From a virus (Duplodnaviria; Heunggongvirae; Uroviricota; Caudoviricetes): a DNA stretch of 64,000 bases. A program made the position numbers and the translations under genes. The stretch's first letter is position 1; each line of letters begins with the position of its first letter. Location of the stretch: IMG/VR virus record IMGVR_UViG_3300029610_000357, positions 52,285 through 116,284 of that record. One strand, written 5' to 3'. Positions 46,324 to 56,387 of the stretch are shown here, one piece after another. The notes beneath the pieces are model-generated. The model did no database searches, was not told where the DNA came from, and saw only the letters and a list, made by a program, of their open reading frames with translations.

Positions 46324-47179
46324 GACTTTTATTGATCAGATGGGAGAGAATGGATACACAATTAATGATGTAACATTCTTTTTAGATATGGTTAAATTAT
46401 ACGAAGAACATTACCAGATGTCTATTGCAGAGTTTGATATAAATAAAATCAACAGTATGCTTAATATTTTAAGTCCTAAAAATTCATTAGAAATCAATGG
46501 TCTAAAAGGCTTGTTGGAGTGCTATTTTAAATATCTAAACGCAAGTATGAAATTCAATCCAAAGGATATAAAGATTCAAATTCCTTACTATCTTATGTGT
46601 GAAGATAAAATACAAAGCGAAGAAGAGATTTTAAGCCAGATTCGCAAGTTGGATAATCCAATAGATAAAGTTATCTTGGCATGTCCTTATTATGGGATAG
46701 GTGGGACAGGTATGAGTGAGCTTTTAGGAATAATGAGCTATGATATGGACTATGAAAATAATCAGGTTGCTGTGTATAAACAAAAAATTGATCCAAACAA
46801 AAGAGTGGTTATTGATTTACCAAAGGAAACAATTTTATGGATGAAAGAGGCTATAGAATGTGTTGAATGTAATGGAGAAATGTTTATACAAGATGATCAT
46901 CTCATTAAGAAAAGAGCTACAAGCAAAGGAGATGATCGAAAAAAATGGGTTGATCAAAGAATGAAGCGAATCAATGAAGAGTTAGGCACTCAGTATTCAT
47001 TTGCGTTATTGAGGAGAACAGGATTGATCAATTCTTTTAGAGCTGCGGCAGAACAATATCATATCAACTTGGATGCGATACTTAATTCAGAAATTGGTGT
47101 GAAGATTATGACACAATACTCGTATCAGACTCGAAGAAAGGCAGTGTTGTTAAATAAATACAAAGAATATGTTGATTAA
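46313..47179 (+). CDS. hypothetical protein
   Basis: The start was set at the Met preceded by AAAGGGGA, and it overlaps the upstream gene. Confidence 0.45.
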   Translation: MENKTFIDQMGENGYTINDVTFFLDMVKLYEEHYQMSIAEFDINKINSMLNILSPKNSLEINGLKGLLECYFKYLNASMKFNPKDIKIQIPYYLMCEDKIQSEEEILSQIRKLDNPIDKVILACPYYGIGGTGMSELLGIMSYDMDYENNQVAVYKQKIDPNKRVVIDLPKETILWMKEAIECVECNGEMFIQDDHLIKKRATSKGDDRKKWVDQRMKRINEELGTQYSFALLRRTGLINSFRAAAEQYHINLDAILNSEIGVKIMTQYSYQTRRKAVLLNKYKEYVD

Positions 47180-47182
47180 CTT

Positions 47183-47214
47183 GGAAGTGGTAAATATTAC
47201 CACTTCCTTTTTTT
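47183..47214 (+). terminator. rho-independent terminator
   Basis: The stem GGAAGTGGTAA/TTACCACTTCC is followed by TTTTTTT. Confidence 0.7.
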
Positions 47215-47291
47215 ATGCAAAATGCTTCACAATATGAATGGAACATGGTAATATATAAAAAGAACATACGTTCGATAGGAGGTGCTACGAT

Positions 47292-47672
47292 ATGAAAGAA
47301 GCAAAAATAAACATCAGAGTGGTAACAGAAGAGGGGGACTACATTGTCGCTGGAAATGTTAGCACAGATTTTAAATTAGCTGCACAAATAAAACGATTAT
47401 ATAATGAAGTTTTATCTGAAAGCGAATTGGTCAAAGTTAAATATAAAAGTGAGGATGATAGTGTTCTAGTTGAACAGGATTATTATTATCCAACTATTAA
47501 TATAGAAGAGAACATTGTAAGTATATTTGATTCAAGAGGCGGAAAAGATATGTCAATCCAATTGCCCGCAATAACAGATATGATTTTTAAAGAAGGAAAT
47601 GGGCGTTTTGATTATACTATAACATTAAAATTACATAGTGGTAAGATTATTTTTAGTGGAATTTTAGAATAG
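47292..47672 (+). CDS. hypothetical protein
   Basis: A 126-aa ORF preceded by GGAGG. Confidence 0.5.
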   Translation: MKEAKINIRVVTEEGDYIVAGNVSTDFKLAAQIKRLYNEVLSESELVKVKYKSEDDSVLVEQDYYYPTINIEENIVSIFDSRGGKDMSIQLPAITDMIFKEGNGRFDYTITLKLHSGKIIFSGILE

Positions 47673-47884
47673 TCGAGCAGACTTCCCACATTAATTGAAG
47701 CTGAATATCGTAGGCACAGCCTAGTGTTTTATGGGGGTAGTAAAATACTCATATATGCATAGAAGGATAAGGCAACAACAAGCAGTCATGAATTGTTCAT
47801 GGCTGCTTTTGTTATATAAAAATTTATTTTAAAGAAAGGAGACAAAAGAAATGAAAAGGAACAAAGCAAGAGGTTCAGTCCCAA

Positions 47885-48136
47885 TTGGAGACTAAGCAGA
47901 AGGAAATTCTTAATGGTAACCAATCGGGGATTGGAACAATGATGGATAGCACAAGAGTAATTAAACCAAGTGTAAATTATCGATACAAAAAGAAATGGCA
48001 GTGCAAAAAATGTGGTCATATCTTTAGAGCTGGAGAAGCTCATAAAAAGTATCGTAATTATGCAGGTATTCAATTATTTGATATGTGCTGCCCAGAGTGC
48101 GAATCAAATAATTTGTACTCAATGATTCATAACTAA
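47885..48136 (+). CDS. zinc-ribbon protein
   Basis: The translation contains CKKCGH...CPEC. Confidence 0.4.
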   Translation: METKQKEILNGNQSGIGTMMDSTRVIKPSVNYRYKKKWQCKKCGHIFRAGEAHKKYRNYAGIQLFDMCCPECESNNLYSMIHN

Positions 48137-48167
48137 AAACTATTTAAGAAACAAGGAGAAAAAATTA

Positions 48168-49079
48168 ATGGAACAAACAACAATCTTTTTAAGTCAGGCA
48201 ACAGCAAAAGCTTACACAGAAGGAATTCTATCTGAAATCAAACTTGAAATTGTGAAAGATGAGAAAGATGGAGGAAATAAAGTAGAAGGATACATCACAA
48301 TTAAGACAGATGATATCAATTATACTACTTACAATATTACTGCAAAAGCTACAACAAAAGCAGGTAAGCCAAGTAAATCTTATGAAAATCTGGTTGCATT
48401 TATGGAAAGAGCTCACTCTATCGCTGAAGTTGGAGAAGAGGAAGCTACAAAAGTAAGAGTTAATGGACAGGTAAATCCATGGACATCTTTTAACCAGATG
48501 GGTGCAAAAACTCATAAAGTAGGATACAAAACGGGATTTGTTTCAATTATCTCAGAACTAAAAGATCCACGTAGCACATTTGAAGTTGAGTGTTTCGTTC
48601 AGAGTGTTGATGATGAGTTTGATAAAGAAACTCAGGTTCCAACAGGAAGAGCAATTTTACATACGTTATTACCTATTTACAACAATGGAATTGAGCCATT
48701 AGATATTGTGGTACCTCAGGAATATGCAATGGCTTGTAAGCAGCTGTTTACTCAGCCAGGATGTCAGAGTGCCCATATTATGGGGAATATTGGCAATACA
48801 AAAGAAGAAAAGAAAACTACAGTTGAATATCAGATTGGAGGAGCTGTAACAAAAACTCAGACAAAAAATGTTAATGAGCTTATCTTAACACATGCGGGAA
48901 CAATGGAACAGCAGTATGAGTTGGAAACAATCCAGAGAGCAATTGCTGAATATGATCTTGTCCTTGAATCCAAAAAGAAACGTGCAATGGAAAGCAATAA
49001 AGCAGGTGGCAATAAGACTGTTGGTGGAACAACAATTGGTGCTAGTGCAGCCGCTGGACATAGAAACTTTGGATTTTAG
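48168..49079 (+). CDS. hypothetical protein (replication-module neighbour)
   Basis: A 303-aa ORF preceded by AAGGAGAA. Confidence 0.5.
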   Translation: MEQTTIFLSQATAKAYTEGILSEIKLEIVKDEKDGGNKVEGYITIKTDDINYTTYNITAKATTKAGKPSKSYENLVAFMERAHSIAEVGEEEATKVRVNGQVNPWTSFNQMGAKTHKVGYKTGFVSIISELKDPRSTFEVECFVQSVDDEFDKETQVPTGRAILHTLLPIYNNGIEPLDIVVPQEYAMACKQLFTQPGCQSAHIMGNIGNTKEEKKTTVEYQIGGAVTKTQTKNVNELILTHAGTMEQQYELETIQRAIAEYDLVLESKKKRAMESNKAGGNKTVGGTTIGASAAAGHRNFGF

Positions 49080-49098
49080 TCAGTAGGAGGATAAGTGA

Positions 49099-50091
49099 AT
49101 GCAGATTTTAGATATTTTTAACCCACAGGTAAGTCAGGTAGCTCATGGTTTAGAAGGAAAAATTATTATGCTTTATGGTGGTAACTCAACTGGTAAAACA
49201 TATCAGTCAGTTAGGATGGACAAACCATTTGTACTGGCGTGTGAATCTGGATTGAATGCTCAGAATGGAGTACCCTATGCAAACATTCATACATGGGCAG
49301 ATTTCTTGAATGTTATCAATCAGCTGACAAACCCAACAACAATTGATAAAGCAAAAGAATTATACTCAACCATTATTATAGATGAAGTTTATGCATCAGC
49401 TCAGTTCTGTCAGACTTACATCTGTAATAAACACAACTCTCCAAGCATTGGAGAAGGAAATGGTGGGTATGGGCTTTGGCAGTACTATGAAACTGAGTAC
49501 TGGAAAGCAGTAAACTCAATTGTATCTTCTGGTTACACAGTAGTATTCATTGCTCATGCATCTGAAAATAAAGATGGAAAGATTATTCCTAAAGGAGATA
49601 AGAGATCTATCACACCAATCATGGATAACTGTGATATTATCGCTTTCTTAAACTCCAATGGAGTAGATGAACATGGTAAAGTTGTTCATTCTTCTGCTTA
49701 CTTTGCAGAGACAGATGCTTACTTTGCAAGAAGCAGATTTGATTACATTGTGCCTTACATTGAAGATTTTACAGCTGAAAATCTAAGCAAAGCTATTCAA
49801 GATGCGATTGAAGCTCAGGAAGAAGCTGAAGGATTCGAAAGTGTATCATATGAAGTTCAGACACAGAATAAAACAATTGATAAGATTCCTTTTGATAAAT
49901 TAAAAGAAGATGTAGTTGCTTTAGGAATGAATTTCTGTGAGGCGGGTCATCAAGAACGTCTACAGGAATTAATTGCTGATTGTCTAGGTGAAGGAAATTC
50001 AGTACAGGAAGCGACAGAGAGACAGTATGAATCATTAGAAATCTTACTGGCTAAATTAGAAGAACAGAAACAGAAGTTAGGTGTAGCTTAG
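49099..50091 (+). CDS. RecA-fold P-loop ATPase (Sak4/AAA_24-like)
   Basis: Walker A reads LYGGNSTGKT and Walker B reads IIIDEV. Confidence 0.5.
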   Translation: MQILDIFNPQVSQVAHGLEGKIIMLYGGNSTGKTYQSVRMDKPFVLACESGLNAQNGVPYANIHTWADFLNVINQLTNPTTIDKAKELYSTIIIDEVYASAQFCQTYICNKHNSPSIGEGNGGYGLWQYYETEYWKAVNSIVSSGYTVVFIAHASENKDGKIIPKGDKRSITPIMDNCDIIAFLNSNGVDEHGKVVHSSAYFAETDAYFARSRFDYIVPYIEDFTAENLSKAIQDAIEAQEEAEGFESVSYEVQTQNKTIDKIPFDKLKEDVVALGMNFCEAGHQERLQELIADCLGEGNSVQEATERQYESLEILLAKLEEQKQKLGVA

Positions 50092-50122
50092 GCTACGCTT
50101 TTTTAGTTTGGAGGCAAATAGC

Positions 50123-50710
50123 TTGAGTAAAAGGAAATGTGTTATTTGCTCTAACTGGATAGAAAAAGGAGATGAGACGGTTCCTTATAAGAATCGTCTC
50201 GCCCATGTCCAGTGCTTTAATTCGATGATGAAAATGGCTGTAAAAAGCAATTCTGAGAAGAAAGCAGCTAAGAGTAAAAAGACTAAGAAAATTAATCCTA
50301 AGTCTACGGTCTTGGGAGATTGTTTGACAGAAGAAGAAAGCAAGCAAAAAAGATCCTTGATCAGTTATATTGAAGAGCTGTTTGGTGAAAAAGCAAACGC
50401 TAAGACATATACACAGATCAAAAATCTTATGAGAGATTATCCCTATTTTACTTATGTGGGATTGGAACAATCGATAAGGTTTTTCTATGAGATTAAAGAG
50501 AATCCGATCACTAATCAAGGTTTGGGAATAGTTCCCTATGTCTATGATCAGGCTCAGGAATACTTTAAGAATCTCGGCGAAGTACAGTCCCACAATGCTT
50601 CCATATCAAATGTAAATGAGTTATACACTCATAAAAAAGTGAGAATAGCACCACCTAAGATAGTGGAAGAAGAAAGTATAGAAAGAACTGGAGGTGGTTA
50701 CGATTGGTAG
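50123..50710 (+). CDS. hypothetical Zn-binding protein
   Basis: The translation contains CVICSN...HVQC. TTG start with a GGAGG Shine-Dalgarno sequence. Confidence 0.4.
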   Translation: MSKRKCVICSNWIEKGDETVPYKNRLAHVQCFNSMMKMAVKSNSEKKAAKSKKTKKINPKSTVLGDCLTEEESKQKRSLISYIEELFGEKANAKTYTQIKNLMRDYPYFTYVGLEQSIRFFYEIKENPITNQGLGIVPYVYDQAQEYFKNLGEVQSHNASISNVNELYTHKKVRIAPPKIVEEESIERTGGGYDW

Positions 50711-52302
50711 GATTAATTAATAAGCGAGCCATTGTACAGGTGTTAGGCTGCTTATTAAATAAACCAGACCTGTTAGATACCTATTATATAGAAGAAATAG
50801 ATGTTGACGAAGACTTTTATGTGTATATTTTGAATACAATTAAAGTTTTACATAAGCAAAATGTACCAGTGATTGATGCATTTGCAATTGATTCTTATCT
50901 ATCGTCTTATGATGCTCAGTATAAGATCTTTTCGATGAATAATGGTGTGGATTACATAGAGAACGCTAAGAAAATAGCTGTTCTTGAGAACTTTGAGTAC
51001 AACTACAAGACTCTTAAGAAGTTCACATTATTGAGATATTACGACTATAAGGGAACTGATATTAAATTCATTTATGATCCAACAAAGTTGAATCCTGAGG
51101 ATCAGGAGAGAGAGACAAGGAAATTAGATGAATATACAGTAGATGAGATTATCGAGCTTGTTGAGCTGGAAATGGTTACAAAGCCTAAGTTACATTTTAA
51201 TACAGTTCAATCAGAACAGGGACAGTTAGCTGGATCTGGACTGAAAGAATTAAAAGAGAAATGGAAACAAGAGCCAGAGTTCGGTATTTCATTACAAAGT
51301 CCAACAATGAACACAATTGCCAGAGGAGCTCGATTGAAAAAGTTTTATTTGAGATCAGGTGGAACAGCCTCAGGTAAAACAAGAATGGCTGTTGGAGATG
51401 TTTGTACGTATTCTGTACCATGGTTTTATGATACTTTCGAGTGCGAATGGAAATTTACAGGTTTCTCAGAGCCAGCTTTGTTTATCTCAACAGAATTAGA
51501 GGCAGATGAGATTCAGAGTATGATCATAGCTTTTGTAAGTGGTGTAAACGAATCTAAAATCTTGGATGGTAAATATTCAGGAGATGAAGAAGAACGTGTA
51601 GATAAAGCTATTCAGTTTATTGAGAGCGCCCCTTTATATATTGAACACATTGATGATTTTGATATTAATGATATTGAGAATCTAATCAAGAGATATAAAA
51701 AAGAAAAGGGTGTGCTGTATGTAAGCTTTGACTACATTCATACATCAGTAAAGTTGATCATGCAAATTGCCAGTATGTCAAAGGGAATGAAATTACAAGA
51801 ACATCAGATCTTATATATGTTTGCTATAAAACTAAAAGAACTCTGCAATAAGTTAGGAGTACATATTGATTCAAGTACACAGCTTAATGGAGAGTATAAA
51901 AATGCAAGAGATAAGGATGAGACTCTCTTGCGAGGCGCAAAAAGTATAGCAGATAAGATAGATATAGGTATTATATCAATGCCTCCGACAAGAGAGGAAC
52001 TCAAAGCAGTAGAACCGATCTTAGAAGACAGAGGCGTAACGATGAATCCAAACTTAATTTACCATATATATAAGGTAAGAAGAGGAAAGATTTCACGAGT
52101 TCGATTGTGGCTTCATGCAGATCTAGGTACATGTAGATCATATGATCTGTTTGTAACAAACAATGACAATGAGCTTATACCAGTCGAACAAATAACAATT
52201 GAAAATGTAGAACAGATTCTTGAAGATAACTCAGTAGAGCATGACGACATTCCATTAAATGAAGAAGAACACGATGAAGCTATTAAGCAGTTTTTCTTTT
52301 AG
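50704..52302 (+). CDS. DnaB-like replicative DNA helicase
   Basis: Walker A reads GGTASGKT. The layout, an N-terminal domain followed by a RecA-like C-terminal domain with IDYIH, matches DnaB. Confidence 0.55.
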   Translation: MVGLINKRAIVQVLGCLLNKPDLLDTYYIEEIDVDEDFYVYILNTIKVLHKQNVPVIDAFAIDSYLSSYDAQYKIFSMNNGVDYIENAKKIAVLENFEYNYKTLKKFTLLRYYDYKGTDIKFIYDPTKLNPEDQERETRKLDEYTVDEIIELVELEMVTKPKLHFNTVQSEQGQLAGSGLKELKEKWKQEPEFGISLQSPTMNTIARGARLKKFYLRSGGTASGKTRMAVGDVCTYSVPWFYDTFECEWKFTGFSEPALFISTELEADEIQSMIIAFVSGVNESKILDGKYSGDEEERVDKAIQFIESAPLYIEHIDDFDINDIENLIKRYKKEKGVLYVSFDYIHTSVKLIMQIASMSKGMKLQEHQILYMFAIKLKELCNKLGVHIDSSTQLNGEYKNARDKDETLLRGAKSIADKIDIGIISMPPTREELKAVEPILEDRGVTMNPNLIYHIYKVRRGKISRVRLWLHADLGTCRSYDLFVTNNDNELIPVEQITIENVEQILEDNSVEHDDIPLNEEEHDEAIKQFFF

Positions 52303-52305
52303 GAG

Positions 52306-53421
52306 GTGTTTAAAATGCAGAGTTTAGATAAGGATTTGATCAAGGAGAGCTTAACTCTTGATGATATTAGAGTAATCCTAAGGGATTTAGGATCGGAAGA
52401 ACCGATCTTAGATGATAAAGGGAATTTAATTGCTCAGACAATATGTCATCATGGAAGCAAATTTAAGCTGTATTATTATCCAGATTCTCGAATGTTTCAT
52501 TGCTACACAGATTGTGGTGACTCATTTGACATTTATGAACTGGTAATTAGAAGCAAAAGAAGTGTAGGTATTACAATATCTTTTCCTCAAGCAGTGAGAT
52601 ACGTAGCAAATATATCTAATTTATTATTGTTTGAGAATGATGAGTTGGAACAATTCAAGGAACAGAAAATAGATGATTGGGGCTGGTTATCTAAGTTTAC
52701 TCAGAAAGAAAAGAAATTTAGAAATCCAGGAGCAATCAGTGAGAATATACTTGAAATGTTTTGTTACAGACCTCATGAATTATGGATTAAAGACAATATT
52801 AGTCCAGAATCCATGAAGAAATTTGAAATTAGCTATTGGGGCAAAGAGAATAAAATAATCATTCCTCATAGAGATATTTGTGGAAATCTAATAGGTATCA
52901 GAGGAAGAAACTTAAATGAAGAAGAATTAGCAGCTGGACGAAAATATATGCCAATTACAGTGGAAGGAAAGACTTTGAAGCATAATTTGGGAGATACATT
53001 ATATGGATTGTATCAAAACAAAGATGCGATTGTTCGGTCTGGAAGATTGTTTTTGGTTGAAAGTGAAAAGTCTGTGTTGCAAATTGAAACAATGTATCCA
53101 GATTATAATTATGCATTGGCGGTATGTGGATCAAATCTGACAGATCATCAATGTGAGATTATAAAAAGCTTAGGTGTTGATCGATGTTATATTGCTTTTG
53201 ATAAGGAATATATCGATCACAAAAGCAAAAGAGCATTGCTGTACTATGAAAAATTGTGCAAGCTTGCTGAGAAACTAAATCCATATATGTCAGTTTACCT
53301 GATTATGGATCGACAGAATTTACTTCAAGAAAAAGATAGTCCTTCTGATAGAGGGAAAGAAATCTTTGAAAAGCTCTTAGATGATAAGATTGAAGTAAAG
53401 CCAAAAGAGAGAAAGGAGTAA
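52306..53421 (+). CDS. dnaG: DNA primase (DnaG-like: CHC2 zinc finger + TOPRIM)
   Basis: CHHGSKFKLYYYPDSRMFHCYTDCGDSFDIYELV is a CHC2 zinc finger. LFLVESEKSVLQ and YIAFDKE belong to the TOPRIM domain. Confidence 0.7.
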   Translation: MFKMQSLDKDLIKESLTLDDIRVILRDLGSEEPILDDKGNLIAQTICHHGSKFKLYYYPDSRMFHCYTDCGDSFDIYELVIRSKRSVGITISFPQAVRYVANISNLLLFENDELEQFKEQKIDDWGWLSKFTQKEKKFRNPGAISENILEMFCYRPHELWIKDNISPESMKKFEISYWGKENKIIIPHRDICGNLIGIRGRNLNEEELAAGRKYMPITVEGKTLKHNLGDTLYGLYQNKDAIVRSGRLFLVESEKSVLQIETMYPDYNYALAVCGSNLTDHQCEIIKSLGVDRCYIAFDKEYIDHKSKRALLYYEKLCKLAEKLNPYMSVYLIMDRQNLLQEKDSPSDRGKEIFEKLLDDKIEVKPKERKE

Positions 53422-53423
53422 CC

Positions 53424-53639
53424 ATGAGAAGATTAGCATTTCTTGATTATGGTACAAAGGTAGTAGATACAGTTACTGGTTATTGCGGTATTGTGACTGC
53501 TGCTGCGCATTATTACGACAAGTGCCCGAATCGGTATTACATTGAAGGTATCGACAGTACAGGGAGACCTTGTGGAGATTGGTTTGATGCAGAAAGATTA
53601 GAAGTAGAAGAGGAAGTAAACAATGATAGTCCAAAATGA
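53424..53639 (+). CDS. small hypothetical protein
   Basis: A 71-aa ORF, translationally coupled to its neighbours. Confidence 0.4.
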   Translation: MRRLAFLDYGTKVVDTVTGYCGIVTAAAHYYDKCPNRYYIEGIDSTGRPCGDWFDAERLEVEEEVNNDSPK

Positions 53640-54621
53640 TTTAATTGAATTGATCAAAGACTCTGTAGTGAATATGACCAAAGATGAGGCAAAAGAGTCT
53701 GGGCTACCGCAGTTCAGTTATTCCAAACTTGATGTATTACACCAATGTAACAGAAGATATAAACTGAAATACGTAGACAAAAACTATTCAAAAAGTTCAA
53801 CAATTCCTTTGGAATTTGGTAGTTTATTACATAGAGTTTTAGAAGAAAAAGGAAATATGATTCTCTCTGGGGAAGAAGTTGATTATGGAAAGCTTAGAGA
53901 GATGCTTAATGATGGGGTTCCAGATGAAGAACTCCTTGGAGTTAAGGGTCTTGCAGGTAAATATTTAATGGACTTCTATGAGGGAGATAATGCAACTGGA
54001 AGGAACTATCCTGAAAAGGCATACTTGTTTGAGACACAGGTATTGCTAAGTAGAATGGAATCAGAAGAATGGCATCCGATTTGTACGGAACAGCCATTCT
54101 TTTTTAGTTTCGATGGGAAAATCGTTTTACATGGATTCATTGATAGAGTGGATCAGGATGCAGACGGGAATCTAAAAGTTATTGATTATAAGACATCCAA
54201 GAAGGTGTTTTCAGAAGACAAATTGAAGACTCCATTACAGATGTTTATATATGATCTGGCCTGTTATGCATTGTTTGGTAAGATTCCAGTTGCTCACGAG
54301 TATGACTTTATTTGTATTGATCAACAGGTAACAGAAGAAGATGGTGTGTGTACAAAAGGCTATTTCAAGAGAGGACTTAAGAAATTGAGAAACCTTCTTG
54401 AACATGAGGAACAGATTACAAAAGATAATGATTTTGCTCCAAATGCAACTCCATTATGTTACTGGTGTGATTTTGCAGGTCATACACCGAACGCTGATCC
54501 GACATTGAAAGGTATGTGTCCTTATTATTCTTTATGGACACCCACCCAGAAGACGTTTAAGGTTAATGCTCGGTATGAAGAGAAGCAAGATATTAGTTCA
54601 AATAGAAAGTTTATTTTCTAG
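53623..54621 (+). CDS. PD-(D/E)xK nuclease, Cas4/RecB-like with C-terminal Cys cluster
   Basis: IDRVDQDADGNLKVIDYKTSKK is the nuclease motif. CYWCDF...CPYY resembles a Cas4-type Fe-S cluster. Confidence 0.65.
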   Translation: MIVQNDLIELIKDSVVNMTKDEAKESGLPQFSYSKLDVLHQCNRRYKLKYVDKNYSKSSTIPLEFGSLLHRVLEEKGNMILSGEEVDYGKLREMLNDGVPDEELLGVKGLAGKYLMDFYEGDNATGRNYPEKAYLFETQVLLSRMESEEWHPICTEQPFFFSFDGKIVLHGFIDRVDQDADGNLKVIDYKTSKKVFSEDKLKTPLQMFIYDLACYALFGKIPVAHEYDFICIDQQVTEEDGVCTKGYFKRGLKKLRNLLEHEEQITKDNDFAPNATPLCYWCDFAGHTPNADPTLKGMCPYYSLWTPTQKTFKVNARYEEKQDISSNRKFIF

Positions 54622-54629
54622 GAGATAGC

Positions 54630-56039
54630 ATGACAGATTTAGAATTTTATTCATTACACAATCATACTGAATATTCAAATATAAGGTTAATTGATTGTAT
54701 CAATAAGATTCCTATGTTAATCAAAAGAGCGGTTAAATTGGGCATGAAAGGAATTGCGATCACTGATCATGAAACATTAAGTGGTCATATTCAGGCAATG
54801 ATTTATGTCCGTGATGAGAAAAAGAAAGGTAACATTCCCAAGGATTTTAAATTGATTCTTGGGAATGAAATCTATCTAGTCAATGGAACCGCAGATTACA
54901 TAAAGGAAAATTTTAAAGCTGGAGATGGGAAGTTGTTTTATCATTACATTCTTTTAGCAAAGGATGAAATTGGTCATAGACAGCTTAGAGAATTGAGTTC
55001 AAATGCATGGGACAGATCTTTTCAAACAGGAAAAATGACAAGAGTTCCAACTGAGAAATCAGACCTTGAGAAGATCATAAGAAAAGAACCGGGTCATTTG
55101 ATTGCATCGACAGCTTGCTTAGGCGGAGAGCTTCCTACTTTGATTATGCAGATGGAAGAAGCTCAAAGTGAACTGGAAGTATATGAAGCCAAATGTAAAA
55201 TTGATGATTTCGTTCGATGGAACATTGATTTGTTTGGTGAAGATTTCTTTTTTGAAATGCAACCGGGAGCATCTGAAGAACAAGAAAAGGTTAATAAATG
55301 GTTACTTAAATTGTCAAAAGTTTATGGTGTTAAGTGTATCATAACAACCGATTCACATTATTTATCTAAGAATTCTCAGATGATTCATAAAGCGTATTTG
55401 CAAAGTAAAGAGGAAGAAAGAGAAGTAGATGATTTCTATCAGACTACATATTTAATGGAAATTCCAGAAATGTACGATTACATGAAGTACTTTGACGAAG
55501 AAACTATAGCAGAAGCTATCAACAATACAGCGATCATTGGAAACAAGATTAAAGAGTATTCATTAAGTTGTTCTACGATCGTCCCTGAAGCAGAAGTACC
55601 AAAATTTGAAGTAGAAAATTATTTTGAAAAATATTATCAGAGATTTACAACACTGCAGGAATACGCAAATAGCAGCAACATCTATGACAGATATCTGTTG
55701 TACTTAATTGAAAAGGGATATCAGAAGAAAGAAATTCATGCAAAAGTTCGCAGGAATGACTTTACCGAAGAGCAAAAAGTGGAACGAATAGCTATTGAAT
55801 TACAAGAGATGGCATTGGTTACAGAGAAGATTAAGTCAAGTATTTCTTCCTATTATATATCAACCTTAGAACTAATCAATATCATGTGGAAAGAGGGAGA
55901 TAGCTTGGTAGGGGTAGCCAGAGGATCAGTTACTGGTATGTATACAATGTATTTAATTGATTTAATACAAATGAATCCTTTAGATTGGGGATTGCCTCAT
56001 TGGAGACATATTTCCCATGAGAAAGCAGAGTTATCGGAT
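54630..56039 (+). CDS. dnaE: DNA polymerase III alpha (DnaE-type) exon 1 (PHP domain)
   Basis: The N-terminus YSLHNHTEYSNIRLID...GMKGIAITDHETLSG is a PHP domain. ARGSVTGMYTMYLIDLIQMNP aligns with the DnaE GRGSAAGSLV region. The exon ends at a U (codon GAT), which fits a group I 5' splice site. Confidence 0.7.
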
Positions 56040-56387
56040 TTGAAAAAGTCCGCTTATATAGTGATATATATGACAAAATGTGGTGAACCCATAAATATGG
56101 GGTGTGCGTAAGTGCTAACGGTATCAGTTAAATAAGGCAAGGCTCGAATACGCTGACTAAGAGAACCTACGGTCTTGAAAGAGATAGCAGGCAATACCGT
56201 GCTAAGTAAAGAAGTGTAACGACTAAATTGGACAAACTTATAAAACTGTCCTAAGAGGAATAAGGTGAAAGTCCTTATCTGTAGTGCCACACACGAGAAA
56301 TCCTTGTATAAGCAAGCCAATGGATTAACATTGGGTGATGAGATAGTCTAGTCCGTACAGAAATATCACGAAAGTGACGGTAGATCG
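56040..56387 (+). ncRNA. group I intron in dnaE (348 nt, no ORF)
   Basis: P1 pairs the exon end CGGAU with GUCCG 9 nt into the intron. P7-like elements are AACGACTAAAT and GATAGTCTAGTCC. The 3' end AAATATC + 16 nt + ATCG-G matches the first intron. Splicing gives ...HEKAELSD|VDIDSQKNRREQ, which has the same length and pattern as DnaE [20 protein letters not shown]. Confidence 0.7.
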